Source: Candidatus Heimdallarchaeota archaeon (lineage in GTDB: Archaea; Asgardarchaeota; Heimdallarchaeia; Hodarchaeales; Hodarchaeaceae). From it: a stretch of DNA of 14,936 bases. Below the pieces are notes generated by a model. The model was not told where the DNA came from, searched no databases, and saw nothing but the letters and a program-made list of their open reading frames with translations. The position numbers and the translations under genes were made by a program. Shown piece after piece: positions 8,497-14,936 of the stretch. Position 1 is the first letter of the stretch; each line of letters opens with the position of its first letter. The stretch is taken from NCBI GenBank assembly GCA_019057635.1, contig DXJL01000201.1, positions 1 through 14,936 of the forward strand, given 5' to 3'.

Positions 8497-9363
8497 TCAA
8501 TGTGACAAGATTTCTCTCAAAATTCGACCTAATAGCACACCAGTCATCGCCTTTCGATACCTTTTATTAGATCGAATATCGGTAATTGGTCTACTTTCTT
8601 CTATAATCATCTTTTCCGCTTTTTCTATCAAATTTTTTGTGAAAGCATTGGATTTCAGAAGAATTTCTGTTTTAGTAGCTCTGACGATAGTTGGAGCAAC
8701 AGCTCCTAAAGATATCCGAATATCATCCATTCGTGATCTATCTTTAGAAAGAAGAGCTTCTACTGCTATGGACACAACGACGATTGATAACGCATATCTT
8801 TGACGGAGTGAAATATAGTCCCCAAAATACCCCTCTAATTTTGGAATCACTATTTTTGTTACTAAACCGTTTTCAGGAATGTTAATTTGACCTGGGCCAG
8901 TGATGAATTCTTTAATAGGTACTAATTTCGAATTGTTAACAGTTTGGATTTGTACTTGAGTGTCTCGAGCATATAAGGTTGCCAAAGTATCTGCAGCAGG
9001 TGAAGCGCGACAAACATTACCAGTTAGTGTTCCTAAATTTCGAATTTGCGGAGATCCTATTATAGAAATAGCTTTTATTAGTGCTGGAACATGTTTTTGG
9101 ATAATAGGACTTTCTAATAACTGAGTGTGAGTTACTAATGGACCAATTTCAATATTACTGTCAGTTTCCAAGATAAAGTTCAATTTTGGAATATTATTAA
9201 GATTTAATAATACAGGGGATTCACCCCAAACTCCCAGCTTGTTTCGTACCATTACAAGGACATCTGTTCCCCCTGCAAGAGGAAAGATATCGTTAACGTA
9301 TTGATCTTTTATCGCAAGTGCTTCTTTTAAACTAGTGGGAGAAAGAATTTCATTGGAATACAC
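8497..9363 (-). CDS. FAD-binding (medium) subunit of a xanthine dehydrogenase-family enzyme
   Basis: FAD motifs AGGTDVL, IGSPQIRNLGTLTGN and ASPAAD; C-terminal PITDIRSNKRYR. GTG start with GGAGG at 9373-9377. No Cys-rich [4Fe-4S] insert. Confidence 0.95.
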   Translation of the reverse strand: MYSNEILSPTSLKEALAIKDQYVNDIFPLAGGTDVLVMVRNKLGVWGESPVLLNLNNIPKLNFILETDSNIEIGPLVTHTQLLESPIIQKHVPALIKAISIIGSPQIRNLGTLTGNVCRASPAADTLATLYARDTQVQIQTVNNSKLVPIKEFITGPGQINIPENGLVTKIVIPKLEGYFGDYISLRQRYALSIVVVSIAVEALLSKDRSRMDDIRISLGAVAPTIVRATKTEILLKSNAFTKNLIEKAEKMIIEESRPITDIRSNKRYRKAMTGVLLGRILREILSH

Positions 9364-9364
9364 T

Positions 9365-10168
9365 TCATTTTTCCTCCTTATTACGTACAGATATCAATTC
9401 TGCGACAATTGAAATTGCTATCTCTTCAGGAGTCTGACTTTTGATAGGGACACCTATTGGAGAGTGAATAGATCCCAAAGTATTACGAGAAATGCCCTTG
9501 GATTCCATCCGGGAGAATATTTCTTTCACCTTGCGCTTGCTGCCGATCATACCCAAGTATTTTACTGTAGAAAGTTCTGGAAGCTTGTGAGATAGTAAAT
9601 GATAGAGAATCTTCTCATCCATATCGTGAGAGTAGGTCATAATGATGATATAACTATCATCTTCAATGAACAAGGAATCAATAATTTCTGTAAATTTTCC
9701 CGTGTGTGTAGCAACATCAAATCTGGTTATGATATTTTTCTTTAGATAATCTTCTCGATCATCAATTACTACAGGTTCAAAACCCAATTTCATCAATAAA
9801 GGTAATATTTCTTGGGTTATATGACCTGCTCCAAAAATCAACACTTTGGTTGAGGTACCAAAAACATCAAAGAAGAGTTGCATCTCCCCACCACATAACA
9901 TACCAGTTGCATCCTCCCCTGACTCCACGAGCTCAAATGACTTGAGTATCGGTGTTTTCGCCTCAATTTGAGTTTTTGCTTGCTTTATAGCTAATGACTC
10001 CACAGTACCTCCTCCTATTGTTCCCCATAGCAACTCACCAGACGAAGAAACAAGCATTTTGGCACCTACTCGTTGAGGCGCAGATCCTTTTACGGCCACA
10101 ACACTTACCAGGGAAACTGGTTTACCCGCATTCACTTCTTGGTGGATTAATTCAAAGAAATTCTTCAT
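9365..10168 (-). CDS. xdhC: XdhC/CoxI-family molybdenum cofactor sulfuration/insertion chaperone (ORF track start 10177; ATG 10168 preferred)
   Basis: Motifs GSAPQRVGAKM, GTIGGG, GMLCGG, FGAGH, YLGMIGSKRK and SPIGVPI..QTPEEIAISIVAEL. An SD-like AGGTG overlapping the upstream TAG precedes ATG 10168. The symbol is used in the Rhodobacter chaperone sense. Confidence 0.93.
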   Translation of the reverse strand: MKNFFELIHQEVNAGKPVSLVSVVAVKGSAPQRVGAKMLVSSSGELLWGTIGGGTVESLAIKQAKTQIEAKTPILKSFELVESGEDATGMLCGGEMQLFFDVFGTSTKVLIFGAGHITQEILPLLMKLGFEPVVIDDREDYLKKNIITRFDVATHTGKFTEIIDSLFIEDDSYIIIMTYSHDMDEKILYHLLSHKLPELSTVKYLGMIGSKRKVKEIFSRMESKGISRNTLGSIHSPIGVPIKSQTPEEIAISIVAELISVRNKEEK

Positions 10169-10177
10169 AGTACACAC

Positions 10178-10633
10178 CTAAAGCTGTTTTTGGGCCTCCT
10201 TGACTGCATCATAGATCTTAGTATAACCTGTACACCTGCATAAAACCCCACACAAGCCATCTTCGATTTCTTTTTGATTAACTTTTGGATCTAAGTGAAG
10301 AAGAGAAGTAGCAGCCATTATCATGCCTGTGGTGCATGCTCCACATTGGGCCGCTCCGAATTCTTTGAATTTTTCCTGTATTAATTGTAAAACATGATCT
10401 GTTCCTTCAATTGTTAACACAGTGCTATTCTGAGGTATTTGAGCCATGAGAATAATACAAGAGGTCACGATTTTATTATTTAAAATGATACTACAAGCTC
10501 CACACTCCCCTTGGTCGCAGCCGTATTTCGTTCCTTTTAGGCCTAAGTCTTCCCTCAAAAAGTCTAATAATCGCCGATTTTCAGGGACTTCTCTTGTGAT
10601 TAATTTCCCGTTAATAGTAATTTTGACATTCAT
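10178..10633 (-). CDS. 2x[2Fe-2S] small subunit of a molybdenum hydroxylase
   Basis: Motifs GTKYGCDQGECGAC...SC and QCGACTTGM...LCRCTGY. ATGA overlap with the Mo subunit stop. SD GAGGAGG at 10641-10647. Confidence 0.96.
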   Translation of the reverse strand: MNVKITINGKLITREVPENRRLLDFLREDLGLKGTKYGCDQGECGACSIILNNKIVTSCIILMAQIPQNSTVLTIEGTDHVLQLIQEKFKEFGAAQCGACTTGMIMAATSLLHLDPKVNQKEIEDGLCGVLCRCTGYTKIYDAVKEAQKQL

Positions 10634-12945
10634 ACCTTTTCCTCCTCAATTTTCTCCTGAATCGCCGCCCAGACCCTTTCAGGTGTTGCAGGAATCGTAT
10701 TCAGTCGCACTCCAACTGCGTTGGCTATGGCATTTGTTAGAGCTGGAGCAATACCCATAAGTGGTTGTTCGCCAATACCTTTGGCACCATAAGGACCGCC
10801 CGACCACGGATCTTCTACGATAATAGAATGAATTTTAGGGGTTTCTTTTGTTGTTGGAATCAAATATGTCCCTAAATTATTTGATAACACTCGCCCCTCT
10901 GGTGTAAATATAATTTCTTCATACCTTCCGTATCCTAACCCTTGTAAACTTCCCCCTTCTATTTGTCCTTCTAATGTCTGCGGATTTATTGCCTTTCCCA
11001 CATCATGCGCCGCCCAAATATTTAAGATATCCACTGTTCCTATTTGTGAATCGACTTCTACCTCAACAATATTCGTACACCATGCATATGCTGAATATGC
11101 ATCTCCCTGACCTTTCTCATTATCATAATGTGTCGGAGGTGCCACATCCCACCCTGCAACTGCTATTTGTCCCCTTTCTTGGTAGACAAGTTTAATCGCA
11201 TCTGATACTGAGAGCAATTTTTTCTGTGTTGTGATTTCTTGGATCTGAAACTCTTTGATTTCGATATCTGTTGCATCTACTTCATATTTCAGGGCAACCT
11301 TATCATAAATTAGTGTACGTAGTTGTTTACACGCGTCTTGGAGTGCTCGCCCTGACATGATTGTGGCACGACTAGCAACCGTCGGTCCAGAGTCTGGAAC
11401 CCTGCTTGTATCAACTGGAGTCATATATACTTTCTCATATTCGATCCCCAGTTCTTCAGCTACAATTTGGGAAAGAACTGTTATCATTCCTTGTCCCATC
11501 TCGGTTGTTCCGACTGCAAACCGCACACTTCCGTCAGGTTCCACTTGAACATAGGCCCCTGATCTTGACATCAATTTCCCTGCTGCTCCCAAGAAACATC
11601 CATAAAATATTGTGGATATCCCTATTCCTTTTCGTCGATACTTTCCTTTTTTCTGTTCCTCTAGTACTTGCGCTATTGTTGGAGTTGGTTTTCGTTTCTT
11701 ATACCACCCACTCTGTTCCCGAGCTTTATGAAGAGTCTGTTCTAAACCAACCGATTGATCGATGACTTGGCCAAATGTAGTCTTATCTCCAACTTTGAGA
11801 ATGTGAAGCTCACGAAAGTCACTAGGATCCATACCAATGCTTTCTGCGGCACGATCCATTTGTTCTTCGCCTGGAAAAATTACTTGTGGGCTTCCAAAAC
11901 CCCGAAACGCGCCAAAGGGTACTAAATTCGTCGTCACCGCATATGCTTGAACATCGACATTACCACAGCGGTAAGGGCCAGCTGCATGCATAGCAGCCCG
12001 ATAAAGAACTGCGGGAGCTAGGGTTGCATAGGCTCCGGTATTCAAAAATACTTCTACTTTGATTGCTTTCAGCTCTCCCTGTTTTGTTACACCTGTTTTA
12101 TACCTTATAACAGCAGGATGACGTTTAGATGTCGTTTCAATATCTTCTTCTCTAGTAAGAAGAAATTTCACTGGTTTTCTGACTAACCAAGCTCCTAATG
12201 CCGCAAGACTTCCTACCTGATTGGGAACATCTTCTTTTCCGCCAAAAGCTCCCCCTGTGGTTGTTTGAATGATATTAACTTTACTCCATTCCATTCCAAG
12301 AATTTCAGCTACACATCGTTGAACATAGAATGGACATTGCATACTTCCATATACCGTCATCGAATCATGCCCCTGAGGAACTGCAATACATCCTTGGGTT
12401 TCGATATACGCATGCTCTTGAGCAGGGGTTCGATATTCATTTTCGATTACAATATCCGATTCTGCAAATCCTTTTTCTACATCACCATTCTTTTGTTGCC
12501 AATAAGAGCACACGTTATTTTCTTCAAATATTTGGATGGTAGGATGATCTTTTGCTTCAACGGGGTCAAAAACTGCAGGAATTTCTATATATTCGATTGA
12601 GACATATTTTCTTGCTTCTTCCGCAAGGTGCAAACTAGCGGCTACGAGTATAACAACAGGTTCTCCCACATGTCGAACGACTTTCTCTGCTAGTAATGGC
12701 CAGTCATCAAGGATGACATGAAGAATATTCTTTCCAGGAATATCTTTGGCCGTCCCTGCAACAACACCAAGGGATTCTAGTATTTTATAATCAATAGCTA
12801 TGTTTACTATCCTTGCATGGGCATAAGGACTCCGTATAACTGCTAAATACTGTTCATCTGCAAATGACATATCATATGCATATGGAGCTTCGCCTGTTAC
12901 TTTGGTGTCAGCATCCTTCCGCTTTAAACGTTTACCTACAGCCAT
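10630..12945 (-). CDS. Molybdopterin-binding large subunit, xanthine/purine dehydrogenase-like (ORF track start 12984; ATG 12945, MAVGKR..., preferred)
   Basis: Motifs QEHAYIE, SMQCPF, GGAFGGKED, VLYRAAMH, AFRGFGSPQ, EMGQG, DSGPTVASR, GQIEGG and AKGIGEQP (catalytic Glu at 10768-10770). Homologues typically begin M-x-VGK. The candidate TATA position also favours 12945. Confidence 0.94.
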   Translation of the reverse strand: MAVGKRLKRKDADTKVTGEAPYAYDMSFADEQYLAVIRSPYAHARIVNIAIDYKILESLGVVAGTAKDIPGKNILHVILDDWPLLAEKVVRHVGEPVVILVAASLHLAEEARKYVSIEYIEIPAVFDPVEAKDHPTIQIFEENNVCSYWQQKNGDVEKGFAESDIVIENEYRTPAQEHAYIETQGCIAVPQGHDSMTVYGSMQCPFYVQRCVAEILGMEWSKVNIIQTTTGGAFGGKEDVPNQVGSLAALGAWLVRKPVKFLLTREEDIETTSKRHPAVIRYKTGVTKQGELKAIKVEVFLNTGAYATLAPAVLYRAAMHAAGPYRCGNVDVQAYAVTTNLVPFGAFRGFGSPQVIFPGEEQMDRAAESIGMDPSDFRELHILKVGDKTTFGQVIDQSVGLEQTLHKAREQSGWYKKRKPTPTIAQVLEEQKKGKYRRKGIGISTIFYGCFLGAAGKLMSRSGAYVQVEPDGSVRFAVGTTEMGQGMITVLSQIVAEELGIEYEKVYMTPVDTSRVPDSGPTVASRATIMSGRALQDACKQLRTLIYDKVALKYEVDATDIEIKEFQIQEITTQKKLLSVSDAIKLVYQERGQIAVAGWDVAPPTHYDNEKGQGDAYSAYAWCTNIVEVEVDSQIGTVDILNIWAAHDVGKAINPQTLEGQIEGGSLQGLGYGRYEEIIFTPEGRVLSNNLGTYLIPTTKETPKIHSIIVEDPWSGGPYGAKGIGEQPLMGIAPALTNAIANAVGVRLNTIPATPERVWAAIQEKIEEEKV

Positions 12946-12987
12946 AGAATCAACTTCGGAAGAAAATTCCTTTACAAGGAACATTGG

Positions 12988-13040
12988 GAGTAAAATATTA
13001 ATGCTTATTTCTTACTATGACTTGAGTAAAATATTAATGC
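12988..13040. repeat. Perfect 17-bp direct repeat GAGTAAAATATTAATGC x2 (12988-13004 and 13024-13040; 36-bp period)
   Basis: Read directly from the sequence. The 19-bp spacer is TTATTTCTTACTATGACTT. It lies immediately upstream of operon 2. Confidence 0.9.
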
Positions 13041-13126
13041 AAGAGAAACTTGTGATTCATAATCATCGTTGAGAATACCAAATCATCACACGCTTGTTTT
13101 AAAGGAATAACTGAGACTGTACTAAT

Positions 13127-13140
13127 CCTTCTTTTGAAGG
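13127..13140 (-). terminator. Small hairpin after the thioredoxin-like gene stop
   Basis: CCTTC-TTTT-GAAGG (5-bp stem, 4-nt loop) begins 2 nt after the TGA at 13143. There is no U-tail, so function is uncertain. Confidence 0.25.
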
Positions 13141-13142
13141 TT

Positions 13143-13793
13143 TCACTCACCTTTTCCTAGTTCAGTATTTATCCGCCTACTTGTTCCTTGAATTACATTT
13201 ATCCGATCGATAATGGTAATGATCTCGTTAATAGCTTCTCGATAAAATTCATTTTGATGTTCTGTAAAAATATTCAGCCACCCTTCCGAAACTTTGGCTT
13301 CGTCTTCGAATCCGACCTCCCGATACATCTCAGCAAGCTTCTTATAAGCTAATGTTGGCCGTTCAACCCACATATCAATTAAAAACCCGTCTTGTCCATA
13401 AAACAGGACATAAGGAATTTTTTTTCCGCCATTAGTGAGGTTAACCAAATTAGTGTTTTTATCTCTATCCAAGAATTTCAGCTCAATTCTTGGTTCACTT
13501 TCCGCTACATGCACTAAAATGGGGATGTTCCGATGGCAATCCCCACACCATTCTGCGATGAATGCTAGAATATGGATTTGATACTGAAGCTCAGGCATTT
13601 TAATTCCAATGAACTCTTTTAAGGTCAGACTATTCTGGAAATGCACTTGAATCTTTTTCTTATTGCTTTCTTTCTCAATTGTTCCCAACCAAGATTGATA
13701 ACTTACTCCCTGTTCTGTAAAAACTCTATAAAATTCCTGTTGCTGTAATATTTTCATTTCACAAACATCCATACACGATGAAGGTAAAATCAT
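13143..13793 (-). CDS. Thioredoxin-fold protein with WCGDC motif (Thioredoxin_9-like); start may be ATG 13757
   Basis: AEWCGDCHRNIP, TNGGKKIPYVLF (cis-Pro loop) and MWVERP. Confidence 0.85.
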   Translation of the reverse strand: MILPSSCMDVCEMKILQQQEFYRVFTEQGVSYQSWLGTIEKESNKKKIQVHFQNSLTLKEFIGIKMPELQYQIHILAFIAEWCGDCHRNIPILVHVAESEPRIELKFLDRDKNTNLVNLTNGGKKIPYVLFYGQDGFLIDMWVERPTLAYKKLAEMYREVGFEDEAKVSEGWLNIFTEHQNEFYREAINEIITIIDRINVIQGTSRRINTELGKGE

Positions 13794-13930
13794 TAATTAT
13801 ATTTGACTGGTATTGCATTTATGTTTAATACAAGTTTTATTTTACTGGCTTTAGTAGCTATAATTTCTTTTTCTTATCTCATCGTATTCCATAGAAAACG
13901 GCTCCGAGATTTGATTAAGTAAAATAACTT

Positions 13931-14936
13931 CTAAAATGATTCTTCTAATACTGTAAATATGACAGTTTGACACACTTTTTTCATAAATTCGAAATCTAAA
14001 GTGTCTATGGTATCACCACCTGTATGGTAATACGGATTACGAAAATTTGCCGTATCAGACACCATGATTGCTGGTTTTTGATAATACCAAAATGGAGAAT
14101 GATCGCTTCTGAGCAAATCGGGTAAATTCTGTTTAATAGTAGCGTAATCCATTGGAACGGATATATTTACTGAAGGTAGATCGATTAATTCATTCTTTGT
14201 AGCCTCAAAGAATGATTTTGCTAAATTTTCGGAATAACTATCTCCAACAATAGCTGCAAAATTCCCAATCATTAGTTCAGAGTCAACGCTGTGGATTGGG
14301 AACATATCTACTGTTATTCCAGCAGGAAATTGTTGTGAATTAGGTTTTGTAGAGGTATAACCAATGGTTTCAAGATTGATAACTCCACGAATATTCCAGT
14401 TCTCCCCTACAACTTTATCCGCATACGCCTTACTTCCAATAAGGGCAATATGAAAAATTTCTGGATGTTCCTTGTAAATGTCATTCAATTCTTTATAAAA
14501 AGCTATTTCATTCTGATCTAACTTAATATTTATGGTAGAGTAAAATTCTTCTAATTCACTTTCAGTGAAATATCCTCTTTGTCTACCAGTCTTCAAAAAG
14601 TACTCTCTGAAGGCATTGTTTAGTTTTTTTAATCGATGGGTTAGATAACGGAAGGAGTTATCCATGATTCCATACTTTAATGCGTTTTCACGAATTTTCT
14701 GTTGAACTGAGGGTGATCCTTCCTCAAGGTTAAAACAAACAAAGACAATGTTACTGTTTGTAGTCTCTGTTTTCAGAATTCGTGCAACTTCAAGCATAAT
14801 TGCGACGGCACTAGCATTATCATCTGCCCCAGGTGTATTGTAAACTGTATCAAAATGACCCGTGATGAGATAAGTAGGTAATTTTGGATCAAAGAGATTT
14901 TTATTCAGATAGGCTTCAATATTAAAAAACTCATCA
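13931..14936 (-). CDS. M28-family zinc metallopeptidase (5' end outside window)
   Basis: The frame is open from 14935 and adds DEFFNIEAYL...LITGHFDTVYNTPGADDNASAVAI before the tracked Met at 14797. Zn/catalytic motifs HFD, GADDNAS, NLEE, INLETIGY, RSDHSPF and YYHTGGDT. Confidence 0.92.
   Translation of the reverse strand, partial: DEFFNIEAYLNKNLFDPKLPTYLITGHFDTVYNTPGADDNASAVAIMLEVARILKTETTNSNIVFVCFNLEEGSPSVQQKIRENALKYGIMDNSFRYLTHRLKKLNNAFREYFLKTGRQRGYFTESELEEFYSTINIKLDQNEIAFYKELNDIYKEHPEIFHIALIGSKAYADKVVGENWNIRGVINLETIGYTSTKPNSQQFPAGITVDMFPIHSVDSELMIGNFAAIVGDSYSENLAKSFFEATKNELIDLPSVNISVPMDYATIKQNLPDLLRSDHSPFWYYQKPAIMVSDTANFRNPYYHTGGDTIDTLDFEFMKKVCQTVIFTVLEESF

Noticed and set aside
8453-8803. 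Short alternative-frame and antisense ORFs, e.g. 8453..8803, 153..362, 603..842, 1401..1664, 3909..4199, 7025..7342, 10446..10760, 11406..11765 and 12265..12600
   Set aside because: They lie within or antisense to well-supported genes and have no recognisable motifs. They are best explained as shadow ORFs.
8497-9363. 4-hydroxybenzoyl-CoA reductase or PaoABC-type enzyme
   Set aside because: The FAD subunit is 288 aa and lacks the Cys-rich [4Fe-4S] insertion after the TxxGN motif that HcrB and PaoB carry.
11630-11705. Basic segment WYKKRKPTP...KKGKYRRKG in the second Mo subunit resembling a targeting signal
   Set aside because: It falls in a variable surface loop before the conserved RG(I/V)G strand. 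Lys/Arg-rich loops are usual here in this family.
663-12984. Aerobic CO dehydrogenase (CoxMSL) assignment suggested by the M-S-L order
   Set aside because: Neither large subunit has the form I AYxCSFR or form II AYxGAGR loop. They read AYRGYGG and AFRGFGS.
12988-13040. Mini-CRISPR array or IS target-site duplication
   Set aside because: There are only two 17-bp units with a 19-bp spacer, too short for CRISPR. No cas or transposase gene and no terminal inverted repeats are present.
14444-14716. Mini-intein in the M28 peptidase
   Set aside because: It starts with Ser but has no TxxH block B motif and no C-terminal HN/HQ followed by C/S/T.
1-14936. Selenocysteine or other stop-codon recoding (many genes end in TGA; XdhD-like enzymes are associated with selenium)
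   Set aside because: All TGA stops fall at the expected C-termini, no catalytic motif is interrupted, and I saw no convincing SECIS-like hairpin. Labile, non-Sec selenium cannot be judged from this window.

Overview
AT-rich prokaryotic window (roughly 35-38% GC by eye). GAGGTGA/GGAGG ribosome-binding sites, TATA-like boxes and oligo-T tracts suggest an archaeon, possibly Asgard-like (inference only). Two xanthine-oxidase-family molybdenum hydroxylase operons converge on each other. Operon 1 (+) runs FAD subunit (partial) - 2Fe-2S - XdhD/YgfN-like Mo subunit. Operon 2 (-) runs XdhA-like Mo subunit - 2Fe-2S - XdhC chaperone - FAD subunit. Between them lie an orphan 7TM-PAS histidine kinase, an ABC half-exporter and an ArsB/NhaD/P-protein-type permease with degenerate signature motifs. 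The two Mo subunits have different substrate-pocket residues: one keeps the canonical Glu/Arg/Phe purine-hydroxylase set, the other has Gln/Asn/Tyr. This suggests a paired purine/N-heterocycle redox locus. Upstream of operon 2 is a perfect 17-bp direct repeat, followed by a WCGDC thioredoxin-like gene and a 5'-truncated M28 peptidase with a ~90-aa insertion next to its catalytic EE motif. No RNA genes, CRISPR arrays or mobile elements were recognised.
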